Part shown: piece by piece, positions 28,833 through 37,743 of the stretch
Position numbering within the stretch: the stretch's first letter is position 1
Layout of the letters: each line of letters opens with the position of its first letter
Assembly (NCBI GenBank): GCA_965222795.1
Contig: OZ244972.1
Span: 492,286-556,285 of the forward strand
DNA: 64,000 bases
Direction of reading: 5' to 3'
DNA from: Rhodospirillales bacterium
GTDB lineage: Bacteria; Pseudomonadota; Alphaproteobacteria; Kiloniellales; CBDCUY01
Program-made: the position numbers and the translations under genes
The notes under the pieces: model-generated
Databases searched by the model: none
What the model was told of the DNA's origin: nothing
The model's input: the letters and a program-made list of their open reading frames with translations, nothing else

Positions 28833-30188
28833 CTAGCTCTTGCGTTTCATTCGCCGTTCAGCTTCATGTCTAATGTCGTCGGCGCGAAGCCAAGCAGCAC
28901 TTCCCTCCTGTAGCAACTGCAACGCTCTTTGCGCGTGTTGTCTTGCTTCGCGCGGATTGCCGCGGGCCAGCGAGGCCTCAGCCAAAGACAGCGTTGTCAT
29001 CGCCTTGTCGCCCTTGCGACCGTGCGAGATGGCGGAAAGTCGCCATGCCGAAGCGTTGTCCGGCTCATGGCGTAGGACTTCGCTCAGATGGGCTAGGGCA
29101 GCGTCGTTCAATGCCGCATCACCCGCTTCTATCTGTGCTGCGGCGAGTGCAAGACGAATTTGGGGAGAAGAGGGTAGTTGGGCCAGAGCCGCTTCGTATT
29201 CGGGAATCGATTCGGCAATGCGACCGTTTTCAAACAGTATTTGCCCTTTTAGTTCCAAGAAATAGGGGTCGTCTGGCTGCTCTGATATAAGTTGATCGAT
29301 CAATGGCAGGGCCTTCACCAGATCCGGCAGACGATAATAGGCAATAGCCCGCGCGTAGCGGGCCGCCAGGCTGGTATCATCCTCGGGATACCGGCGGAAC
29401 ACGCGGTCGGTCGGCTCTAGGAAGCCTACCAGCTTGGCGCGCATCCTGTCGTGCATGCTGGTGAACGCGGCGCCTGCCGCCTGGTCGGCGAAGGGCGAGT
29501 TTACCACCGCTTGCTCAAGGAAGTTGATACGATCGCTGGTCAGCGGGTGGGTGCGCACATAGGGATCCTGGCTGCTGGAGAGCAGCGCCTCCTGATCTTC
29601 CAGAATCCGCAGGAAATCGAGCAGTCCCCGCGGTGACTGCCTGGTTCCTTTGAGCAACGTGATGGCCGCCTGATCGGCGGCTTGCTCCTGGCTGCGCGAG
29701 TAACTCAAGAGCCCGCGGGTGGCGACACTCTGGCCCCCCGTGATGATGGCCGCACCGACATCCGGTCGCCCGGAGGCAACCGCCGCACCAAGGCCGAGAA
29801 TGTAACTGGCGATCACAGCGCCGACTGTCTTTTTCAGCTCATCCTTGCGGCCAGCCAGGTGGCCGCCGGTAATGTGCCCGGTTTCATGGGCAATCACGCC
29901 AATGACCTGCAAAGGGTCTTCGCTGCGCATCAAGAGCCCGGTATGAATAAACATGTTCATCCCGCCGGCCACAAAAGCATTGAGTGAACGGTCCTGGACC
30001 AGATAAACATCAATGGCTTGCGGGTTTAGCCCTGCAGCTTGGAAGAGCGGGGTTGCATAAGCGCGGATGGTGTTTTCTATTTCGGCGTCACGAATCAATT
30101 GCAAACCCTGCGCCGACGCCCGCGCAGCGACGGCAAGCGTCGCCAGGAGAACCAACGCCACCCAAAGGGGGACAAGAGTCTTGCGCAA
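28833..30188 (-). CDS. M48-family zinc metalloprotease with C-terminal TPR repeats (BepA/YfgC-like)
   Basis: 451 aa. Signal peptide. HETGH zinc motif (VIAHETGHITGGH). TPR-like C-terminal half. Apparent TTG start at 30188. Confidence 0.85.
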   Translation of the reverse strand: MRKTLVPLWVALVLLATLAVAARASAQGLQLIRDAEIENTIRAYATPLFQAAGLNPQAIDVYLVQDRSLNAFVAGGMNMFIHTGLLMRSEDPLQVIGVIAHETGHITGGHLAGRKDELKKTVGAVIASYILGLGAAVASGRPDVGAAIITGGQSVATRGLLSYSRSQEQAADQAAITLLKGTRQSPRGLLDFLRILEDQEALLSSSQDPYVRTHPLTSDRINFLEQAVVNSPFADQAAGAAFTSMHDRMRAKLVGFLEPTDRVFRRYPEDDTSLAARYARAIAYYRLPDLVKALPLIDQLISEQPDDPYFLELKGQILFENGRIAESIPEYEAALAQLPSSPQIRLALAAAQIEAGDAALNDAALAHLSEVLRHEPDNASAWRLSAISHGRKGDKAMTTLSLAEASLARGNPREARQHAQRALQLLQEGSAAWLRADDIRHEAERRMKRKS

Positions 30189-31695
30189 AGGTTTTTCCTC
30201 CGATCCTCGTGTTCAAAGTAGTCGCCTCGCAGGCGCTATTCAATCGATCTTCCGCAAGGTCGCGGAATTTCGGATTTCAGTCATAGGGTTAGCGGCGGCC
30301 GCCACGCTCGTCGGCTGTGCCGGTGACGAGCCCAGCGGCAGGGTGGCGGTGGTCGCGGGTTTCGCCGGCTTGGTGGCCGCCGACGAACCGCGCGCGGCCC
30401 TGGTCGGGCGTGACGTTCTGGGCAATGGCGGCACGGCGGCCGACGCCGCGGTGGCCATTGCCTTTGCCATGAGCGTGACGCTGCCCTCCCGCGCCGGTCT
30501 CGCCAGTCAGGGAGTCTGCGTCACCTATAAGGGCGAGGCGCGCCAGGGCCTGGCTATCCCGTTTTTCGTTGATGGCCAAGGTCCGATCTTGACCCTGCCG
30601 CGCGCCATGGCCCTTCTCCATGCGCGATACGGCAACCTGCCATGGGAATATCTCGTGGCTCCGGCAGAACAGCTTGCGCGCTTTGGCCATGTGATCAGCC
30701 GCGCCTTGGCGGTGGACATCGCCGCCCTTGGCCCGTCACTTGGCACCGGGACAGACCTGGAAGCCTTCCTTACGTCGCAACAAGGCAAGCCCTTGCAATT
30801 AGGCGACAAATTGACGCAAGCCGAGCTCTCCGCTGTGCTCACGGGGATCCGCGCTCAAGGGGCCGGCTATGCATATAGCAGCCTTTTCGCCACGCGCTTT
30901 GCTAGTGCTGCCACGGCGGCTGGTGCACCGGTTCAGGTCGAGGCACTGCGCGGTTATCGGGTCGAACAGGTTGCGGCGGCTGAAGCCCCCTTCGGCCTGC
31001 ACATCGCCTACTTCGCCCCGGCGCCCAGCGGTGGCGAGCGTGCCGCCAAGCTCTGGAGTGAACTCGTCGAAGACGGGGATTACGACGATCTCGCGGCACC
31101 GGCGAGGGCAAGGCTGTTACTCGACGTGGGCGCGGAGGCGCTGGGCCGGCAGATAGAGCCCGCGACGCCGGTTGCGAGTTTTGTCGTCGGGGATCGCTGG
31201 GGCAATGCGGTCGCCTGCGGCATGACTTTGAACGACCTCTTCGGCCAACGTCGCCTGGCCGAAGGAACCGGCATTATCTTACCGGCGCCGCCGCCGGCGG
31301 CCGGTCATGAAACCCGCTGGATCGCACCTGTCATCGTCGCCAATAGCAACAACGGTTTTCTACCTCTGGCCGGGGTAGCCAGCGGCGGCCCAGCCGGTAT
31401 CGCAAGCCTGGTCGACGCCATGGTCGCCATCGCCGAGGACGAGCGCCCGCTGCCCGATGTGACCACCGAGCCTCGCTTCTACTATGGAGAGTCCTTGGGC
31501 TGGGTCGTCCACGAACCCAACCTGGAGACGGGGATCCGCGAGACACTGCTCGGGCAAGGCCTGCACCTAAGGGAACGCTCGTCGCTCGGGCGGATAAACA
31601 TCATTTCCTGCCCCAAGGGCCTGCGTGAAGGCAAGCAATCCTGCGTGGTGGCCGCCGATCCGCGTTTTCATGGATTGGCCAAAGTGGTGCAATAA
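30181..31695 (+). CDS. Gamma-glutamyltransferase-family lipoprotein (start uncertain; nucleophile Thr apparently absent)
   Basis: GGT-like N-terminal (..GLVAADEPRAALVGRDVLGNGGTAADAAVA..) and C-terminal (..FVVGDRWGNAVACGMTLNDLFG....GTGIIL..) blocks. Lipobox LVGC. In-frame start candidates are ATG 30067 (121-nt overlap with the divergent gene) or TTG 30181. Confidence 0.6.
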   Translation: MRKGFSSDPRVQSSRLAGAIQSIFRKVAEFRISVIGLAAAATLVGCAGDEPSGRVAVVAGFAGLVAADEPRAALVGRDVLGNGGTAADAAVAIAFAMSVTLPSRAGLASQGVCVTYKGEARQGLAIPFFVDGQGPILTLPRAMALLHARYGNLPWEYLVAPAEQLARFGHVISRALAVDIAALGPSLGTGTDLEAFLTSQQGKPLQLGDKLTQAELSAVLTGIRAQGAGYAYSSLFATRFASAATAAGAPVQVEALRGYRVEQVAAAEAPFGLHIAYFAPAPSGGERAAKLWSELVEDGDYDDLAAPARARLLLDVGAEALGRQIEPATPVASFVVGDRWGNAVACGMTLNDLFGQRRLAEGTGIILPAPPPAAGHETRWIAPVIVANSNNGFLPLAGVASGGPAGIASLVDAMVAIAEDERPLPDVTTEPRFYYGESLGWVVHEPNLETGIRETLLGQGLHLRERSSLGRINIISCPKGLREGKQSCVVAADPRFHGLAKVVQ

Positions 31696-31698
31696 CCG

Positions 31699-32859
31699 AT
31701 GTCCCTCAAAGTCGCCAAACGAGGCCTGGTTCCCCCTTTCATCGTCATGGATGTGATGCAAGCGGCCGCCGATCGGGAAGCAAGCGGCCAGCAAGTCTTG
31801 CATTTGGAAGTGGGGCAGCCAGGCACCCCGGCGCCGAAAGGGGTTCTCGATGCAGCGCGGCGGGCCTTGGAGGCCGACCGCATCGGCTACACAGTGGCGC
31901 CCGGCATTCGCAGTCTGCGGCAGCGCATCAGCGAACATTACAAGGCCGCCTATGGGGTCGACGTCGATCCGGACCGGGTGGCCGTGACGACCGGTTCTTC
32001 GAGTGGCTTTCTTTTGGCCTTTTTAGCGGCCTTCGATGTCGGCGACCGAGTGGCCTTGGCGGCGCCGGGCTATCCTGCCTACCGAAACATACTTCAGGCC
32101 CTGGGAATTGATGCCGTATTGTTGCCGACCACCGCCGCCGAGCGCTACCAGCCGAGCCCAGCCTCCCTCGCGGCAGTCGAGGGGCGGCTCGACGGTCTGA
32201 TCGTCGCCAGTCCTTCGAACCCCACCGGCACGATGTTGGCGCAGCCGCAGCTCAAGGCCCTGGTGGAGGCTTGCCAGGCAGGCGGGATTCGTCTCGTCTC
32301 TGATGAGATCTATCACGGCATCTCCTATGGTAACCGCGCAACCAGCGTCCTCGAACAGTGTCAGGATGCCATCGTCATCAACAGCTTCTCAAAATACTAT
32401 TCGATGACCGGCTGGCGTCTTGGCTGGATGATTCTGCCGGAAGACCTTTGCCGCCCGGTGGAATGCCTGGCCCAGAATCTCTACATCTCGCCGCCCACAT
32501 TATCGCAAATTGCCGCGGAGGCAGCCTTCGACTGTGGCGAGGAACTGGACGGCCATGTGGCGCGCTATGCTCGCAACCGCGCGCGTCTGCTCGATGGTCT
32601 GCCGCAGGCTGGCTTTGCCGACCTCGCCCCGGCCGACGGCGCCTTTTACCTCTATGCGGACGTCAGCCGCCTGACCAACGATAGCCAAGCCTTCTGCCGG
32701 CGCGTCTTGCACGAACTGGGAATTGCCATCACGCCGGGGGTCGATTTCGATCCGGAGCGCGGCAATCGATTCGTCCGCTTCTCATTCGCTGGACCGGAAG
32801 CGGTCATCGAAGAAGCGGTCGACAAGCTAATTGCCTGGCGCAAGAATCTTGGAGACTGA
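31699..32859 (+). CDS. PLP-dependent aminotransferase, class I/II
   Basis: 386 aa. PLP-lysine context INSFSKYYSMTGWRLGW. ..ASPSNPTG. Confidence 0.85.
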   Translation: MSLKVAKRGLVPPFIVMDVMQAAADREASGQQVLHLEVGQPGTPAPKGVLDAARRALEADRIGYTVAPGIRSLRQRISEHYKAAYGVDVDPDRVAVTTGSSSGFLLAFLAAFDVGDRVALAAPGYPAYRNILQALGIDAVLLPTTAAERYQPSPASLAAVEGRLDGLIVASPSNPTGTMLAQPQLKALVEACQAGGIRLVSDEIYHGISYGNRATSVLEQCQDAIVINSFSKYYSMTGWRLGWMILPEDLCRPVECLAQNLYISPPTLSQIAAEAAFDCGEELDGHVARYARNRARLLDGLPQAGFADLAPADGAFYLYADVSRLTNDSQAFCRRVLHELGIAITPGVDFDPERGNRFVRFSFAGPEAVIEEAVDKLIAWRKNLGD

Positions 32860-32897
32860 CCCGGTAAGAGGCTTCACACTGAGTCTTTATCCGGACA

Positions 32898-35615
32898 TCA
32901 ACTCATCAGTCGCTGCCACCAGCCTCTGCGCCGCGGCCCGGACGGCTCCGCGTCATCCTCGGGATCCTGAGGACTCGAAAGGGCAGCTCCGTCGGCCGCG
33001 TCCGCGGCCAGCGGCGGCGCTTGCTCTTGTGGCTCTGGCATGCTCGCATCGTTGTCGCCGGCCTCCGGAAAGGAATCGCCTGGCGCAGCGGGCTCCGGGT
33101 CATTTGAGGCACTCTCCGATTCGACCGCCGGCTCAAGCTCCATTTGTTCGTTTGCTTCGCCAGTCTCGCTCGGCTTGCTGCGCGCTCGGGAACGCCGTGG
33201 GCGTCTTGAGCGACGCGGCTTGGCGTCTGATCGGGCGGCGGTCACCGATTCAGCCTCGTCGCCACCATCTGATCCCTCGGTTGTCTCCTGTGCGGTGGCA
33301 CCTTGCTTTTCACTGCCGGCCTCGGCTCCCGCCTCTTTCGACGGTGCTGGCTCGAGGGTATCATCGGACTCCGCGTCCGCCGCGCTTGCCGGCTGGCCAT
33401 CCCTCTGGCGTCGGGTCCGCTTGCGCCCGCCTCGCTTGCCACGCCGTCGCCTCTGGCGCTGTGGTTCTTGGTCTTGCTCCTGACTCTCGCCGCTTGCCTC
33501 ACCCTCCTCAGCGGGCTGGCTCTCATCGGCGGCGGCCGCTTCTGCTTTGTCGCCGGCTGTCTCCGATCCAGCGGCACTTTTTCGCCGCCGCCGGCGCCGT
33601 CTCGAACGGCCGTCGTTGTCACTTTCCTCTTGCGACGCAGCAATGTCGGATTGGGCATCCGTCTGCCCGGTGACCGGCCCGGAGGCACGGCTTAGTCGAT
33701 AGTCCGGTGTGATGAGACTGTCGTCCGTCAAAATCTCGACGCTCAGGCCATAGCGAGCCTCTATCTCCAGCAAGCGCCGGCGTTTCTGGTTGAGAATGAA
33801 CAGGGCCACGGAACTTGGCACCTGCAGGGTTAATTGGTCATCGCCCTGCCGAATTCCCTCATCTTCTATAGCGCGCAACACGTGTAGTGCCGAGGAATCT
33901 GTGGAGCGAACATGGCCTAGCCCGCCGCAGACCACACAGGGTTCGGTAGAGCTCTCCACCAAGCTGGGCCGCAAGCGCTGGCGCGACATCTCCAACAAGC
34001 CAAAGTGGCTGATGCGCCCGAGTTGAATGCGGGCCCGGTCATTGCGCATGGCCTCCTTGAGCTTGCGCTCGACGTCCCGGTTGTGGCGTTGCTCCTCCAT
34101 GTCGATGAAATCGATGACGATCAATCCGGCTAAATCACGCAGCCTAAGCTGGCGGGAAATTTCCTCGGCCGCTTCCAGGTTGGTCTTTAGCGCGGTTTCC
34201 TCAATATGCCGCTCCTTGGTGGCCCGCCCGGAATTCACATCCACCGCGACCAGCGCCTCGGTTGGGTTGAGTACGATGTAGCCGCCGGATTTCAGCTGCA
34301 CCGTGGAATTGTGCATAGCATCGAGCTGGGATTCGATTTGATAGCGGTGGAAAAGCGGGATGCTGGGGTCCTTGTAGAGTTTCACGTTACGGGCGTGGCT
34401 GGGCATCAAGGTCTTCATGAAACCCTTGGCGACCTTATAGTGCTCGTCGCCTTCCACCAGGATCTCGTCCATGTCACGACTGTAAAGGTCGCGTATGACC
34501 CGCTTGGTCAGATCGGCCTCTTCGTAAATCAACTCTGGCGCTGTGGATTTCAGGGTCGTTTCCCGAACCTCATTCCAAAGGCGCAGCAAGTATTCATAAT
34601 CCCGACGGATTTCCAGCTTGGTGCGCTGCGAGCCGGCAGTACGGACGATGACCGCCATGCCCTCGGGAATCTGTAGTTCTGACAGGACCTTCTTGAGGCG
34701 ACGGCGGTCGTGGGCATTGCTGATCTTGCGACTGATGCCCCCGCCTTTTGCCGTGTTAGGCATCAAGACACAGTAGCGCCCTGCGAGGGAGATGTAGGTG
34801 GTTAAGGCAGCCCCTTTGTTGCCGCGTTCTTCCTTCGCGACCTGAACCAAGATCACTTGCCGCTGCTTGATCACTTCCTGGATCTTGTAGCGGCGCATTA
34901 ACCTGGCCCGCTGCCGCTGCTCCTCGTCGATTTCATCGCCGCCGACCGTTTCAACAGAATCGGCGTCCGCTAATTCGGTGACTTCTCTCGCCTCTTCAGG
35001 AGGATCGGTCTCGCCGCCAAGCTCGTCAGCCTGCTGTGGTTCTTGGTCTGGCGCGGACTCTTCCCAGCTATCGGCCGCGGCATCGGCCAGATTTATTGCG
35101 ATATTGCTAGGATCGATTTCCTCCCCATCGCTCTCACCTTCGGAATCGATTTTGGGCAGCTCGGCATTGCCGTTGGCCGGACCCTCCAACGCCGATAATT
35201 GCGGCAACACCCCGTCCGTGCCAGCATCCTGCTCGTCCGGCTCGGCTGCCTCGTGCTGATCGTCGGAAGAGGCATCGCCCGTGTCGCTGTCGTTGCTTGT
35301 CCCTTCCTCTGACTCCTCGTCGTCCGTAAGCCTGGCCTCTTCGGCCAGCAACGCTCTTCGGTCGGCAATCGGAATCCGATAATAGTCAGGGTGAATTTCG
35401 CTGAAGGGAAGAAAACCATGCCGGTTTCCGCCATAGTCCACAAAGGCGGCCTGCAGCGATGGTTCTACGCGGGTAATTTTCGCGAGGTAGATGTTTCCCT
35501 TAAGTTGCTTCCTTGAAAGCGACTCGTAATCAAACTCCTCGAGTCGGTTGCCGCTCACAACCACAACCCGAGTCTCCTCGGGATGCGTTGCATCGATTAG
35601 CATTCTTCGTGCCAT
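32898..35615 (-). CDS. rne: Ribonuclease E
   Basis: Start MARRMLIDATHPEETRVVVV. Split S1 domain. ..KEERGNKGAALTTYISLAGRYCVLMPN.., DNase-I-like and Zn-link (CVVCGGLGHV) regions. Long Arg-rich/acidic C-terminal tail. The ORF also extends to 35648. Confidence 0.95.
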   Translation of the reverse strand: MARRMLIDATHPEETRVVVVSGNRLEEFDYESLSRKQLKGNIYLAKITRVEPSLQAAFVDYGGNRHGFLPFSEIHPDYYRIPIADRRALLAEEARLTDDEESEEGTSNDSDTGDASSDDQHEAAEPDEQDAGTDGVLPQLSALEGPANGNAELPKIDSEGESDGEEIDPSNIAINLADAAADSWEESAPDQEPQQADELGGETDPPEEAREVTELADADSVETVGGDEIDEEQRQRARLMRRYKIQEVIKQRQVILVQVAKEERGNKGAALTTYISLAGRYCVLMPNTAKGGGISRKISNAHDRRRLKKVLSELQIPEGMAVIVRTAGSQRTKLEIRRDYEYLLRLWNEVRETTLKSTAPELIYEEADLTKRVIRDLYSRDMDEILVEGDEHYKVAKGFMKTLMPSHARNVKLYKDPSIPLFHRYQIESQLDAMHNSTVQLKSGGYIVLNPTEALVAVDVNSGRATKERHIEETALKTNLEAAEEISRQLRLRDLAGLIVIDFIDMEEQRHNRDVERKLKEAMRNDRARIQLGRISHFGLLEMSRQRLRPSLVESSTEPCVVCGGLGHVRSTDSSALHVLRAIEDEGIRQGDDQLTLQVPSSVALFILNQKRRRLLEIEARYGLSVEILTDDSLITPDYRLSRASGPVTGQTDAQSDIAASQEESDNDGRSRRRRRRRKSAAGSETAGDKAEAAAADESQPAEEGEASGESQEQDQEPQRQRRRRGKRGGRKRTRRQRDGQPASAADAESDDTLEPAPSKEAGAEAGSEKQGATAQETTEGSDGGDEAESVTAARSDAKPRRSRRPRRSRARSKPSETGEANEQMELEPAVESESASNDPEPAAPGDSFPEAGDNDASMPEPQEQAPPLAADAADGAALSSPQDPEDDAEPSGPRRRGWWQRLMS

Positions 35616-36380
35616 AAAGGTCATTCTCCGAAACGCGACCGGCATCATCGGCGCTAGCAGCCGATAGCGGCGCGTCCTTATTGTGTGTTCGAGTTGCGTA
35701 GAATCGGACTATCATCCTGATACTCTGCGCTATAGGACTTCGCCTAACCGACCGGGTCGAGAAAGGCAAATCCTGACTAATCCTTTGAATTGCCGTTAGT
35801 GGACGCAGCCGCACCTAAAGAACGTTGATGGCGCGCTCCGCCCCGGCGATCTCTATGGCTCAAAACCGACAAAGCAGTTCCAAGCCGGAAACCTTTCAAC
35901 CATGCACTCGTGCAACCAGCGTGAGGCTACTGCCGAGGTTGGCGGTTGTAATCCTAAGATACAATATGACGAGATAGAGGTTTCGACAATGGTTAATAAA
36001 ATGGATTTGGTGGCAAACCCAAATATCTGGTCTATCACTATATTTGTTTTCAGGTAAATCTGGGCAAGGTTGGAAGCGAGGATCGGGCAAGTTTCTCTGG
36101 TTCCTGCCGTACAACCAGGTATCACATGGCTGTTGTGCTGCCGGATTGGTGTTGGGCAGTCCCCGGTTACTTGATCGAGCCATCGGGTGTCGCAAAAGCC
36201 TGAATCGATCAATTACTGCCCAATTCTTGAGCAATCCACGGTGACTGAAGTCGACGACAGATTGCGAATCGATGAAAAGCCGGATACCCCTGCCCGAAAG
36301 GGTAACGATGTGAGAGCGCTATGCCTCGGCTAAGAGGCGCAGATTCGGCCTCAGGTTTCCAGCGAGGCGTTACATCGACG

Positions 36381-37571
36381 ATGCGATTACTGGCAGGTAT
36401 CGTTTTTCTCTGTTTCCTTGCGAGCGACGCCCTGGCCAAGCCCGCCGTTAGCGCCGTTCGAGTCGGTATCCATCCCGAGAAAACACGCTTTGTGCTCGAA
36501 CTGTCCGAGTCTCCGGCATACCGCATTTTCCTGCTTCCCGACCCCTATCGGGTGGTCATCGACCTACCGGAAGTCGATTGGCAGTTGGAAAGGCCGACCC
36601 GGCGCTGGGCCCGTGGCCACATCGCCGCGTTGCGATTCGGCCTTTTTGCACCGGGTACAAGTCGTGTCGTACTTGACCTGAGCAGCGCCGCCGAAGTACA
36701 GGCAGCCTTCGTGCTACCACCGCGCGGCGAACGGCAGTACCGCATGGTGATCGATCTTGGTCGAGCGAACCGCAGTAAGTTTTTGGCGGCGGTACGATCT
36801 GGCCCGATCCTTTCAAAAAAGCCACTGCCGCGCGTACAGCCATCGACGCCGACGCCATCACACGATCTAGCCGATACCCGCCCGACCATCATCATCGATC
36901 CGGGACACGGTGGCGTTGATCCCGGCACTGTCGGCCGCGGCGGTAGCCATGAAAAGGAGGTTACGCTCGCAGTTGCCAAAGCCCTAAAGGCCGAACTCGA
37001 GGCTCTTGGCCACTACAAGGTGGTGATGACACGGCGCAAAGATATATTCGTCCGATTGAGCCGGCGTGTTGATCTCGCCAGGCAAGCCGAGGGTGATCTA
37101 TTTGTCTCCCTGCACGCCGATGCGCACGCCTCGGCGAAGCTGAGAGGCGCCTCCGTCTACACGCTTTCCGAAAAGGCTTCCGACAAGGCAGCCGCGGCCC
37201 TGGCAGCTAAGGAAAACAAGTCTGACGTCATTGCAGGCGTCAATCTCACGGATCAAACCCCCGTGGTCAGCAAGATCTTGATCGATCTGGCGCAACGCGA
37301 AACAAAAAACCTCTCGGCCCAGTTCGCATCAATGCTCATCAAAGATTTGGCCAAAGAAACCCGCGTCCTGCGCAACAGCCACCGATTCGCCGGATTTGCC
37401 GTGCTTAAGGCACCCGACATCCCTTCGGTCCTGGTTGAACTAGGCTACCTTTCAAATCCGATCGAAGAGAAGCTCCTCACCACACGCGCCCATCAACGTA
37501 AAATTGCAAAAACTATTGCAACTGCTATCGACCGATATTTCGTGTTGCAGAGAAACCTCAATAGGTCATAA
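36381..37571 (+). CDS. N-acetylmuramoyl-L-alanine amidase (AMIN domain + Amidase_3; AmiC-like)
   Basis: Signal MRLLAGIVFLCFLASDALA. AMIN-like domain (VRVGIHPEKTRFVLEL..). Catalytic domain IIIDPGHGGVDPG...DLFVSLHADA. The ORF also opens at 36321. Confidence 0.85.
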   Translation: MRLLAGIVFLCFLASDALAKPAVSAVRVGIHPEKTRFVLELSESPAYRIFLLPDPYRVVIDLPEVDWQLERPTRRWARGHIAALRFGLFAPGTSRVVLDLSSAAEVQAAFVLPPRGERQYRMVIDLGRANRSKFLAAVRSGPILSKKPLPRVQPSTPTPSHDLADTRPTIIIDPGHGGVDPGTVGRGGSHEKEVTLAVAKALKAELEALGHYKVVMTRRKDIFVRLSRRVDLARQAEGDLFVSLHADAHASAKLRGASVYTLSEKASDKAAAALAAKENKSDVIAGVNLTDQTPVVSKILIDLAQRETKNLSAQFASMLIKDLAKETRVLRNSHRFAGFAVLKAPDIPSVLVELGYLSNPIEEKLLTTRAHQRKIAKTIATAIDRYFVLQRNLNRS

Positions 37572-37743
37572 GCAAGCCATAATTCCCGCATAAAGATTGA
37601 CTGGTGGTGGATCCTCATGGCTGGTTAGCAAATCTGCGGATAAGATAGTCACTGGTCGTCGCGTGAGGCTGGTGAATGGGCAGTCTTACCCGGTGAACGA
37701 AAAATTAAATTGGGCCCTCTTCCGGCCGCAGGAAGCTTAAACG

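Noticed and set aside
30067-30180. ATG at 30067 as the start of the GGT-like gene
   Set aside because: It would overlap 121 nt of the divergent M48 protease gene and put about 70 non-signal residues ahead of the lipobox. It remains the only in-frame ATG, so the start is left flagged as uncertain.
32831-33695. Several 130-280 aa plus-strand ORFs opposite the rne 3' region
   Set aside because: They are antisense to the Arg/acidic repeat region of RNase E. The low-complexity Pro/Arg/Ala/Ser translations are shadow frames.
35853-36244. Two overlapping minus-strand ORFs (119 and 112 aa) and a 66-aa plus ORF in the rne-amidase spacer
   Set aside because: They are mutually overlapping frames in an AT-rich region, with no recognisable domains and implausible sequences. 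Treated as promoter/leader DNA.
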